Source: Zootoca vivipara (lineage: Eukaryota). Taken from it: a stretch of 64,000 nucleotides of DNA. A program made the position numbers and the translations under genes. Of the stretch, positions 49,487-61,253 are shown piece by piece. Where the stretch lies: assembly GCF_963506605.1 (NCBI RefSeq), contig NC_083282.1:59892001-59956000 (forward strand). The letters are read 5' to 3'. Position 1 is the first letter of the stretch. Every line of letters begins with the position of its first letter. The notes below the pieces were generated by a model. It had not been told where the DNA came from. It made no database searches and saw only the letters and a program-made list of their open reading frames with translations.

Positions 49487-52400
49487 TTACATTTTTGCTA
49501 GTGACAAGCATTTGCTGCTTATCTAAGCAGAATGAATGGCACCAGGCTGTCCTACACACTGGAATTGCTAGCAAGGTGAAGTCAGCAAATTTTGAGGCAA
49601 GGCTGTTATGCTTTACCAAAAGTGACAAAGCCCTTCCTTCTTCTCACAAGTAATAGCAGAGAGGGAGACATAGAAAACAGGACCGGGGTGGGGGGGTGAG
49701 AGTCAAACCTGCCCCCATGCTTACTGTAATACTCCATATGACTGATTATCCAAACATCATCTGTTTCATCTCTTGTCACCTTCTCTTGTTCTGTGGCCAT
49801 GCCATATGTGTATGGCACCCCACACACTGTTAAGTGTTTCACAGCTAACACTGAGCAGATCCCTATAGAATAGGGACATGGTCTTTGTGTCTATATATTC
49901 AGGTAACCTTTAGGGCCTGACCTGCTTTTGGAAGTGCCACATTCAACTCCAGAAATTGCCCAGAGAAGGAATTGTTGTATTTTCAATAGAACACGTTCTG
50001 GTGAGTGGTCTGTAGTCCTTCCTGTTTTGCCCAAGACAAAGCCAGCTGGCCTGTGGCTGCCTGAGACAAAAGCCCACTTGGGATGATCTCTCTCTTCCCC
50101 AACCTTGTCCCCGAAAGACTCCTTTGGGCCTGAAGCCAGGCCCTTCACAGTTCCTCTAATGGGCTGTCATCTCTCAATGGAGACATTCTGTGCTGGCTTT
50201 CAGACTGTGTGTAAAACCTACTAATTTTAGCTCATAAGCGCTTCAGTGATCTCGTGGACTAAGAAAGAATGCTAAAACACTAGTTACCTCTTTGTCTCTG
50301 CGCAGGAAAATACGATCCGTTGCTTTTAAAATGGGAGATGGTTTTAGAAGCAAGCAAATAATTAGCCAATTGTCTGGAGAGAAATCTTTCTCGCAAGACT
50401 TCACTTATAATGCACAGGCTACAATAAAGATACATTTTGGAACTGAGAGAACTGTTGAAGAAAGCAAAGGCTATACCAAGAAAAAAGAACGTGGCAATAA
50501 ATGACACAGCTGTGTCCCCTTTTACTCCAAAAAGACTTAAATATTAGTGAAGCTATTTAAGTATTAGTGAAATTGTGGGACAGTACTGCATGAACCACAC
50601 TGCTGTAATTCCAAGCATCACAGGGGAATTTGTATAAAAGGTACTGCTTGGGACCTTATGTCCCCTCAACAGAAATAACTTCATAGTATATCCTTTGCGT
50701 AAGCAGAGTATTCCATGTGAAGGCATGTGGCTGCTAGCTCGTACTGTAGCTTTGCTTTAATGAGAAGTTGCATTGAGCTGTTGTAGAGCCTCAGGAAGTT
50801 TTGCTTTTTTATGAGTCCTCTACAGTATTGGCTTTTTCTTTAGGTTGTGTGTGTTAATAGCTAGTTTTTCTAGGTGGGGGGGGGGAGCAAAATAGTGATT
50901 GAGTGTCATAATATTTTCTATAGCCCTTCTGGGTCCCCACAAAGCAATAGTAGATAAAGTAAAAGTACAAATGCTTCAAAAATGCTTAGGGAATTAATAT
51001 AAAACTCATCAAACTGTTCATGCAAAAGTTCTCTTTACTAGTACTAGCCATTCAGTATAGCATGACAGTTTTTAGACAATGCTGGGTTGTTCAGCAGTTA
51101 GCATAATATAATGTAAGAATGTACAGTGGGAGGCTTCTATGGTTAGCATTAAATTGTTTAAGCTAACTGCCATTATTTTGCTTCATGAATTTAGGAAGTG
51201 TGGTGTGTTTGTGAGGAGAAAACTCCTAGACTTGGGCGTTGGGTACCACTTTAAAATTTTATAGGCTGGAAAATGTTGAGCCTGCAAATATTCTGATGAT
51301 TGTAGTTCATGTTCAGGGGACACAGAGGCATTTTGTCATGAAATTACATAGTAATATTGCCCTTTTGAATCTTGTCAATTCAATTTGTATTACTTTAGAC
51401 TTTTGTAAACTTTTGTTTGCTGGGTTTTATAAGGTAACACAAATGCGAGATTCCAAAATTTACATTCACTTGAAATGTTCCAGATAGCCTTACTTGTTAA
51501 TAGATGAATTCATCTCTCTGCAGTCATTTGCACTAAGTACTGGGAAGCATTATTTCATTGAATGGGGAGAAGAGAGAAGTGTCTTTAAAGTTTGTTGAGT
51601 AAGGCTTGGCAGGCAAACCCTATAAAATAAGAATTTGATCTTGCTTATTCTGTTTTTAAATTGGTTAAAAGTAATTAATTGCAGTTTTCTTTTCTTTTTT
51701 TAGTCCCTTGGAGGGAGTTTGGGAAGACCTCTAGCAGGTGCTGTCAATACTGATGAGAGATCTTATATGCCAAGGTATGGAGCGTTTTGTTTTGTTTTTA
51801 AAAAACAATAATACTGGTATCTACATTAGTACATCTGCTCTGACTGGAGGTGTCTTGGATTGAACCTGTGACTTCTGCATGCAGGGCATATGACATTGCA
51901 TGCGTTGAGGAAGCAAGAGAGAGCCCCATGCATTTCAAAATTTCTATTCTCTCCACCTCCTGCAGTATGTTTTTAAACAATGTGCTTTCTGCCATTATCA
52001 AAAGTTAACACAAACTATCCTTCCACAAAAGCATTACTACAACATCCCATTTTTTGCTTAGGTTATTGTTATGCATCAAGGTTTTCAATATTTTGACATC
52101 CTCCTGTTTAAATGTGGGTGGGTGGAATAGATATTTCCTGATGTTCGAACACATCAGCTTGCATCCTCTGAATATTTAGATGCACCTTTGCATCTAACAC
52201 AGCTTATTCCTAAGTTAACAGTGAATGAAAGGTGAAGAATGGGTACAGCCAAATCAAACTGCCTTTACGCAGTTCAAACTACATTATGCATGTACCCACG
52301 TATGAGGATGGCAAGGCAAAGAATTTCAGGGTGTCTCTTGGGATGTCCAGTGGCACCGAGGTGGGGTTTTCTTTTGACAGTCTGCCAGGACACTCCACTG

Positions 52401-53886
52401 GGTCCAGACTGGCATTGCCCAACCCTCTGGGTCAATCCCAAGGATTCCTCCAGTTCCCTGCCCTTGTCCCATTCCTCCTACTCCTCTGACCAGTCCCACC
52501 AAGATGTTTCCACAGGAGTCATGACACTTACAGCAAGGGCGAGTAGTCTTCAGGCTTGTTGAATCGCGTGTGTGTTTTATTAGAGCCCCAAGATTTACCA
52601 GCCAGGTACAAAAGACACATGTTAAAAAATAATGAGCAGGGAAATTCTGAGTGCTTTCTGAGCCTAGGAATTTCATTTTTGGTACCAGAACTGAACTGAG
52701 TTCACTATCCTTTCAAAAAAATAAACAGTCCACTTCTGGTTTGCTTTTAAAAATAAAATTAAATCTCTACCTCCTAATTTAAGTGGGAAAAGTTTACTTT
52801 AGGATAGTTATTGTTAAGCAGCTAGAAGTTGAAAACTCTGGCAGGATCTACTGCAGACCACCTAGAACTCTACCAATACATCCCTGTCTTATCCCTTTAG
52901 CCTTTCTTGGATTTAATATATCACTTTAAGGACTTCTTTGCAATGGCCCTCAGAAAATCACTGCCCCAATTTGTGCCTGTTGAACTGAGTTGAAAGTGGA
53001 TTGTAGAAGGCCATCCATGGGTCAGGCAGAATTTGAACCCAGGTCTCCCAGATCAGTTAAACAATATTTTTTCTGGACCATCGTGGCTCTTGCTAACTAG
53101 TCCATTCCTGAAGTTTGAGTGCTAGCTCTTTCAGCACACCCACCCATCTTTTTTTCTGCATATATATATTTAATATAAAGCAAGTATCTCTGACCTATAT
53201 CCCAAGGCTGGCAATAGGCTGAGTGCTCTGAGGATGTTTGGAGTTATTCAACTACTACATACCGTAATTATAACGTACAGAGTCCATAATACAATGCTTT
53301 TCAGTTTGGCCAGGTTTTTCCAGCTTAAATATTTGTGGCGGGTCTTTGCATTTACAGAAAGTGTTCTGAATTCACCGATCCGGATTAAATTCATCTATTC
53401 ATCTGTCAGTAAGCAACATGTAGTTCCTTAATAGAGTGTGTCACATTTAATCTAAGCAATAAATAAACTTGCATCCTCACCTCCACCTCATAATAGTTTT
53501 ATGAGCTGTGCAATCCATCTAAAATGAGGTTGTTTAAAACTGGCATAGAGTTTGGTCCAGGTATCTGCTGACTAACCAATAAGAGGCATGATGTAACCAG
53601 CAACAGATATTAAGTTTCATTGTGCTGCAGTTAATTCCAGACATTTTCAGTTAACCATAGTTTCCCACCACAGTCACAAAACTAGGGTTACAAGGTTCGG
53701 AACAAGCTAGGATCTTAATCAACTTCAAACTGTTTAATGTCCTATCTGTTTCTGAACCTGTTAACCATAGTGCCCTGGTGCAGACATAATGGGAAGCTGT
53801 GGTTAATTGATTGCTATGCTAGATTCCCCAGCTTATTGCAGCACACAAATAAGGAAAGAGGTGGCATAGGGTGAGAGGCTTACACA

Positions 53887-54128
53887 CAGTGGCGGAGCTC
53901 CACGCTGTGGCACCAGGGGGCGGAGAGCAGGTGGGGCGGGGCTGGTGGGCATCCCGGGGGCGTGGCACGCTGTCCACAGGGGTGTGCCGTGTGTACCGGG
54001 GACGTGGCGCACCGCCTGCAGGGGCGTGGCGCCCAGCGCAGGCGGGGGGGCAGCCGCAATGGCACCCCACCAGGGTCGGGCTGCCGGGGGCGGTGCGCTC
54101 CCCCTGCACTCCTCTTCCTCCGCCAGTG
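53887..54128. mobile_element. GC-rich hAT MITE
   Basis: TIR cagtggcggag / ctccgccagtg; perfect 8-bp TSD cttacaca (53879-86 / 54129-36). Confidence 0.9.
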
Positions 54129-54310
54129 CTTACACACATCTTAGTTTTTTAAGCTGAGACATGAGAATCTGGATACAGTCTGCAAGGTTCCATTTAGATA
54201 ACATGCCAAGCCATGGTTTGTGCCAGGCATGTCTTGAGCTTCCAAAATATGCAAGTGCAAACAATGCTTCTCTGCTTTCTTTTTCCATCCGTTCAGCACT
54301 TCAGTCTCTA

Positions 54311-55958
54311 CCGTGTTTCCCCCTTTTTAAGACGTAGTCATAAAGTAAGCCATGGCAGGATTTTTAAGCATTTGAGAAATATAAGACATACCCCGAAAAT
54401 AAGACATACTTCCACACCGCGGAAACCAACCCCCACAGGCACCTCCACTCACAGAGTCACTCCTTGCAGCCGGCACTGCAGGAGCGCGCTCAGTTGTGAA
54501 GCCATGCTCCAGTCAGCTGTTCTGCAGCACTCCGACGCAGCGGAGGCGGCAAGCACGGGGAAGAAAATGGCGTTTAAAAATGCCATTTAAGAGGACCCTG
54601 TTTCTTGTCTCCCTGAGGGCAGCGGTCCCGGTGGCGGGCAGCCCCTCTGCCGCAGGAAGACACTGTAAAGTCTCCCTGGAAGAAGCAGTGAGCCCAGCTC
54701 CTCGATTCGGCGCCGCTGCGTCTCCAGCATTTTCTCTATGTTCTTGAGTTCTCCACGGCCCGGTTGGGGCTCTCCGAGCCGGGCACCCCGGGGCCGCCCC
54801 CCCCCCCCGCTCCCCCGTCCATAGAGAGTGAGAGGAAGAGGGGCGCGCGGGCACATGGCGCAGCGCAGCGGCCGGGGCCCCCAGCTCCTGATCGCGGCAA
54901 AGGGCACCACCCCGCACCAGCTACGGACCTGCCCCGCAGCCCGCCGAGGGCTGCCGGGCTACGGCAACCATCCTGCCTGCGGGAGCCTCGGGGAAAGAGC
55001 CTGCGGGAGCGCGAGGAAGAGCCGCTACTGCCGCTGCTGCAGAGGCACTGCGAGCGCGCCGCCCGGCGAGCCCAGGGCGAGCTCCAGCCCTGCGGGAGGG
55101 GCCAGGCACGGAGCAAAGGGGCGACACCGGAGGGTGGCCTCGATGAATCCCGGCCTGGCGGGCCATCTCCCGGCAGACTCGAGCACAGCCCGCCGCTGAA
55201 GGAGGCGCCGAGCGAGAGTCCTCAAGGCTGAAGCACTAAGGAAGGGCTCGCGCTTCCCCTTCTCCCTCCCTACCACCGGCGCGCGCTCCCCTGGGGAGGG
55301 GGAAGGGGTCAGGGGTGTTCAGATCACGATCTGGAGAGAAAGGGGCGTCAGGGGCGGGGAGGGGAAAGGTTGCATGGAGTTTGGTTGGGGCGCTCCCTTG
55401 GCAACAAAGTTTCCCGAGGCCCAAGACACATCAGAGAAGATGTCTGCAGCTGCAAAGGCAACTGCAAAAACCCTCTCCTTAATTTCTGGCTTGGCTGCGA
55501 GGGAAAGCGTCAGCACTGATTTTGGGTGCCGTTAAAGGCGACATGTTGAGAGATGCGCGCTATGAGGGGCAGGAAGCAAAAACTCCTGTGAAGTTCCCCT
55601 GCACAAGCACCCTCGAAAGGAGCCACCAGTCGCTGCATCCTGGGAGAAGCGTGGTGTTGCTCCTTCCTCGCCATCTCCAGGGGTGAGGGAGAGGAAAGCC
55701 CCCTTTCCTTGACAGCCACTGGGGTCCGATATGGGGGAGTGTTTGCCCACAGACGGCAGCTTGTTTGCCATCTCTTGTCGGTGGCAGATGGCTGGCTTTC
55801 TCCTTCCTCCCTCCCTCCCCACGCATGGGTGTGTGTGTGTACCGTAAAAACTGTATCGGTAATAATAATAAAAAGACATCCCACCAAAAGTAAGCCACCC
55901 TGTGTTTTTTTGAGAAAAAAATGTTATAAGACGGTGTCTTAAAAAAGGGGAAACACGG
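54311..55958. mobile_element. Non-autonomous TcMar-Tc2/pogo-type DNA transposon (1648 bp) with CpG-rich mosaic interior
   Basis: 23-bp TIRs CCGTGTTTCCCC(C/T)TTTTTAAGAC (22/23 match), TA on both sides, subterminal (T)AAGAC and AAGTAAGCCA repeats at both ends; no transposase ORF. Confidence 0.88.
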
Positions 55959-56142
55959 TAGGTGTAGTAATTCACTGAGGAAGAACAATCAGAACTGTAG
56001 TTTGTCAATTTAGATACCATGTTATAGCATACTTAGCACAAAATATGGTTCCTAATTCTTGCTCGCTGGTTTATTTTATACTACAGTTTGTCAGTTTTAA
56101 GCATCACACCATCAAACTGTGGCTAAGTATTCTTAACCATGA

Positions 56143-56237
56143 AGCCTATGGCAGTAGTCTTGAGCCTATGGCAGTAGTCTTTAGGGTGTGTGTGTGTGTG
56201 TGTGTGTGTGTCTGTCTGTCTGTCTGTCTGTCTGTCT
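56143..56237. repeat. 20-bp tandem duplication followed by compound (GT)n(CTGT)n microsatellite
   Basis: agcctatggcagtagtctt at 56143-61 and 56163-81, then GT and CTGT arrays. Confidence 0.9.
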
Positions 56238-56833
56238 ACATCCTATAGTTCAAAGCTGCTTTATGTATCTCATATACAGTTAATCCTGAATCAGAGTAAT
56301 ATACTGTTCTGGGTGAAAGAAGGCCCAGACAGATTTGCAAAAATTAAGGCAGCCGTGTGCATATATCTATGTCTCTAAGATAAGCTGAAAGGGATAGGGT
56401 CACAGCTTAATATAGATTCCATTATTTAATTGCATTGCTTTTTAAAAAAGTTGCCTGTAGAAAAGTGTCTGAATAAATTGAACCTCATTTTCTGTTTTTC
56501 TTTAAATTTTTAGCTTCTCTTAAAGCTCGAACATAAAGCTTCCTTTCTGGTGTTACCAATTTCGGTACTTTCCAAAATTACAACTTCCCCTCTTCTCAAG
56601 CAGTCTTATAAAATGAAGAAAGTGAATTTTGCTACTTAGGGAAGTTTTCAAGTAGAAGACAAGATGCAAATAATGATGACTGAAGTGCTTTGCCACCTTT
56701 AATGTGCAAATATGGTTGCTTATTTGTGTACATCCAGGGCAGCTGTACAGGAGAAGACACTGAATGCTAACTGAGTTTTCATTGTTGTAAAGTTATAGGC
56801 ATCTCTTGCCTCTAAACTAACGGTCACCAGGGA

Positions 56834-57130
56834 TGTCGCAGCAAGAGACACCAGTGATTCTTCACTCTTCACCAGTCTGACTCATCTCGGCCTCTTGACT
56901 CCCTCCTTCCACGCTTCAGCTTTTGCCTCTGATTCTGGATTTCTGTCTGCCACAGACTCTCCCAGCTTACTAAGCCCTGTTACCCCTTCAGCTTCTCCTC
57001 AGTCTTTTCCATCTTCTCCCTGTGACTATTAATTGTTGTCCCACCACCACTCCCTGGCCTCTGAGCCTTCTTCCGTTGGTGGTTCCCCAGGGGATTCCTA
57101 CCACCATTCCTCTGCATCCAACCAGTCTAT
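56834..57130 (-). mobile_element. Possible degenerate solo LTR
   Basis: Pyrimidine-rich block (purine-rich on the minus strand, like U3 of the 60785 LTR) beginning TGT; no clear TSD. Confidence 0.3.
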
Positions 57131-57491
57131 GAGAATAGGATTGCAGTCTCAGTTTTACTGCCTGTCATGTGATACCAGCATGAAACCTAGAAATTTTTAC
57201 TATATAAAGTGGGGGGCATTTTTTTAGATGCTCATCATGTTGTCTAGAATTGTATTCTGCCCCATAAGTGAGAGAGCCTAGTTGTTCTGCCGTAAGCTTT
57301 TATTGATCACTGCAGATTGGCCTATCATTTCCCATAACTTTTATCTTCCGCACTTAATATGTTTACGCTGGACTCTGGTGTGTGTAGCAAATTGTAACAC
57401 ACTTCCTGCAGCCCCCCCCCCCAAAATCAAATCCTGGCTTGAGAAACTAGGTACGCACAAACTGTGTGCAGCTACACACAACTCCTTTGCT

Positions 57492-57628
57492 CAGGGCCGT
57501 CTTAAGCATATCTGGCGCCCTGGCGCCGTGATGCGAAGATCCCTACGGCGCCCCCCCCCCCCCGTTTCCCAGCACGGCTGTCTGGTGGGCGCAGCGCGCC
57601 ACCCAGCCTTGCCTTAGAGCCGGCCCTG
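57492..57628. mobile_element. GC-rich hAT (Tip100-like) MITE
   Basis: TIR cagggccg / cggccctg; perfect 8-bp TSD cctttgct (57484-91 / 57629-36). Confidence 0.9.
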
Positions 57629-60600
57629 CCTTTGCTACCACATCACACCTACCTCTGTGGAAGTGGGTAAAGCAAACCAGAAAGCTGCAGTCAACCATAG
57701 CTTCCTGGGAACTTTGGTTAGCAGCTTCCAAACTGGCCAGGGTTTGAAAGACAGCTTTCAATCCTGGGTTAAAGTTGGCTTGCCAAATGTTCCATGCCAA
57801 TGCTTGGAAGCCATTGACAATAGTTTCCAGTTTGCACATGACAGGAAGCTATGGCTAACTCTGGCTTTCTTGTTTGTTTCACTGCTTGTGCATGCAGGAG
57901 AATGCAAGCAGCAGCAACGGGGCTGTATACAGGTGCATGCAGTCCATGCATATCCCAGTTTATTATGTCAGGATCTGACTGTGCAAACATGGCCAGGGTA
58001 TTGAATGCACTGTCACCCTAAAGTACAAACGGGGAACCTGTGGCCCTCTTGATATTGTTGGATTCCTACAATGATTGGTGGTGATGGCGGGTGGAGTCCA
58101 ACAACAAAGGGAGTCTTGGTTCATTTACAACGGAAGAGGAATCTCTTAACATGTTGCAAACAAATTGATCAGTATTTTTGTTAGTCTTTAAGATACCACA
58201 AGAATTCTCCTACAAACTACCTTGACTACCCCCAGGACTTTTTCGTGCCATGGTTTGCCGTAGTTTCCCACTCTGACAACACTTGTAACTTTCGAGTTCT
58301 TTAGGGCTTTGCAACTGAAAAAGCACTTTGCTGTTTTGGTGTCCTTTCTTCGCAATTTTTTCCTCCCTCCAAATTGCCAAGCCCTTTGACCTTTTGTCCA
58401 CATAACTCTAATATTTCCTGTTTAGATAGTGTTATGTAGTTATACAGATTTATGGGAACTACTCTGAGCCCTCTGAGATATAATGAGATGCAGATCCTGT
58501 ATTACAGCTTTTTCCAAAAGTGTACATTCAAGTATTCTGCTATTGGGAAAGGAGAGACACTGGATAAAGAGAAAGCTATGCTTTGCTACCCTCCTTGAAA
58601 AGTCCTCCAGGCAAGGGCCTGAAAGGTTTCTCTGACATACATGATGGAAATCATTGGATCATGAGGCCTTAAATATTCAGCTTTGTCCCATAGATAAACC
58701 CTATGCTAATGTGGTCCAGCTAGACCTGGGAAGCATTTGTAGTAGGGTGGTCGGAAACTCTCCTGAGACTAAACAAGAGGAGGGGCAGGCAGCCTTCTGG
58801 GACTCAGAAAAACCTTCTAAAACCAGTGAGCTGATGCTGTGGGGAGTGCCTTGGCCTGGCCTCTGGCAGTTCTCCCTGAATACTATGGATATGCTTGAGC
58901 ATTCTGCACCTGCTCTTGTAATGATGTTTGTCATTCCTGCCAAAAGCTTTACGGCAATTACCTAATTAAGCTTCCCAACATCCCTATGAGGAAATGAGGC
59001 CAGGTCCTGGCATTTTACACATGGGGAGAATGAAGCTGAGAGCTGTGAGTGCATAAGAAGTGCTCAACTCCCAAGTTGCTGGTTGGTTTAGTATGGTGTC
59101 TGTGTCATCTGCAGGAAGCGTGGGGAGCTACTTACGTAATACTGTGTGAAGGTCATGTCTTCATAGCATGTTTCTTTCCCATTTCTCCTAAAATGACAGG
59201 CTTGTACAACCAATAGTGCCTGTTCATTTTGTTAAAAACACACACACACACACACTTTACTTGAGCTGCTATGCTGCATCATAATTGGCTTTTGAAACGC
59301 TCCCTGCTTTCAAGATCAGTTTTTTTGGTGTGGTGCAACATGTTAGAGTGCGGGAGGCGGGGGACTTCTAACTGAGAAACACTCAAGGCAAAAACCTCTG
59401 GGTACACAGAACTAGTTTCAGACTTGTTCGGGCCCTGTCCTCCACCTTGCCCTCTAGTTAGCCTTTGGCAATCTAATGCTTGGGAGCTGTTCTCATTCCT
59501 ATTTAGTAAATTGCTGTTGGCTCTTCTGATTTCTGCAGATGTGTTTTGTCACATAGCTTTTTACAGCAAAGCTTGCATTGAAACCCTTTGTTAGTCAGCA
59601 ATTGTGGCAGTTTGTTGAAAAGAAAAGAAAAATGGCTAGGCTAGTATAGCAGTAAAAGTCACCCATAAACAGTAGCAGAATTCTTTTCAATAAATATCTG
59701 CTTGGGTATTTGTCTCATTTAAAAAACAAAAAAACCAAGGATCAGACTGAATCAATAGGTGCATAACACAATTTCACCTTAGTATATTGCTGGTCTGGAG
59801 TGGGCCCTCCCCAATTTCCCATCCCCCAATACTATATCTTGTACACCAGAGTGTCAAACTAGACAGACAGCTATTCAGAAGATTCCTTTGCAACCCATTC
59901 TTTCAAGAAAAACCAATGTGGCCATTGTTCAGAACTTCAGCACTCTTTGCACTCTTTCCATAGCTGCCAGCCAGCAGAGTAATTGGCAGAACAGTTGACT
60001 CAAATGCCTGCACAAGAAGGGAATTGTTATCCTCCTCCTGACCTACTAACTAAATGACACACATACTAGCACCAGTGAAACACTTGAGTGATTTCATTTG
60101 TGGCCATTATTAGTCTGCACACATCTATAGGAACAACCACAGCGAACTGTTACCAGGAATAGATTGGATTTGACCTCCTAGAATTTGGTAGCTGGGTTGC
60201 CTAGCCCAGGCATCAAGCTTCTTCTTTGAAGAAACCCCACTATTGCAATAGCAGCACATGGGTGTAGATTAAGAAAACCAGGAGGAGAAAGCCACCCGCT
60301 GTCACAAATGTTTCTTGAGATCTTAGAGCAGCTGCTGTCACTTGAGGCCAGATTCACCTTCATCATGCATGCTTATTATGGGCTGCTTTGAAGACCACCT
60401 GATGCATGCTAGATACTATGCCTCCATAGTACTCCATAGTACATATACCTTTGCTGCTAGTTGGATTTTGGTTTTACATTCCTCTTAGATCTTAGTAAAA
60501 ACGGTTTAATTTGTTGCTTAATTGCAATGTATATTTATTAATACAAGATGATTTGATTGGTCTCATAATTGTATAACTATTTTGCTCAAAATTTGTAGAC

Positions 60601-60784
60601 GTACCCTTTTATTCGTGAATTACCTTAAAACGTTGCTGTTTTTCTCATGTGAACTTTCCCAATTTTGTGAACCACTTTGGGCATGATTTTCCATGGAAAA
60701 GCAGCATTAAAAAAACCTAATGCTTTGTCTTAACTTTCTCTGCAAGACTCATTTTCCAGCACCCAAGAAAGTTTATTTTGAAAG

Positions 60785-61211
60785 TGTGAGGGGCAAGGGG
60801 TATCGCGAAGCCCCTCCCCTCCTGAGTTCCAGCCCAGCCCAGAGCACGACTGAGAGCAGGGAGAGCTCCAGCTCCAGCGGGGAAACAGGAAGTGGGATCC
60901 AAGGCTCTGGCAGGGTAGAAGAGCCAGCGTCCCAGGTGGGACAGGAAGGAGGAAAGAGGGGGGGAGACCCATCCCCCCAACTCCGGAACTTCGCAGAAAG
61001 CATCGGGGGAAGAGGATGGGGCTCCCCAAGTTGTTATGCTGGCGCAAGACGCGCCAAAAGCCATTCGGAGGTTCTGATGAAAGCTGAAAAGATGTGTCTC
61101 TGTAAATAGCTCTACCTTCAGCACTGTAAATACGCAGCACCAATAAAAAGATAAAATGCAGAGCGGTGGAGAGTCGTTACTCTGAAGTAGTCCCATCCGA
61201 CCACTGTGACA
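60785..61211 (+). repeat. 5' LTR (427 bp)
   Basis: TGT...ACA termini, purine-rich U3, AATAAA at 61142-47; followed after 2 nt by the putative PBS. Confidence 0.8.
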
Positions 61212-61213
61212 GC

Positions 61214-61224
61214 AACCTCCGAAT
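61214..61224 (+). promoter_or_regulatory. Self-priming primer-binding site (non-tRNA)
   Basis: AACCTCCGAAT is the exact reverse complement of ATTCGGAGGTT at 61063-73 within the LTR; no TGG-type tRNA PBS is present. Confidence 0.8.
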
Positions 61225-61253
61225 CTTTTTTGGGCTACTTTGGAGTTGCCGGG

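Noticed and set aside
51704-51774. Exon-like segment (strong acceptor, AAG|gtatgg donor) containing CTGATGA
   Set aside because: Sequence partly resembles decayed SINE body; no GAAA box for a hammerhead and no independent support for splicing.
53819-55988. Cluster of overlapping 60-160 aa ORFs suggesting a CpG-island first exon
   Set aside because: The GC-rich DNA is bounded by TIRs and TSDs; long ORFs are expected from low stop-codon density.
61074-61100. CTGATGA-aagct-GAAA directly after the self-primer in the LTR, resembling a hammerhead core
   Set aside because: Stem II would be 1 bp, no UH triplet precedes any plausible stem I partner (AGC before the PBS), and a cut there would sever U5 from the PBS. 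Worth rechecking only if the family consensus differs.
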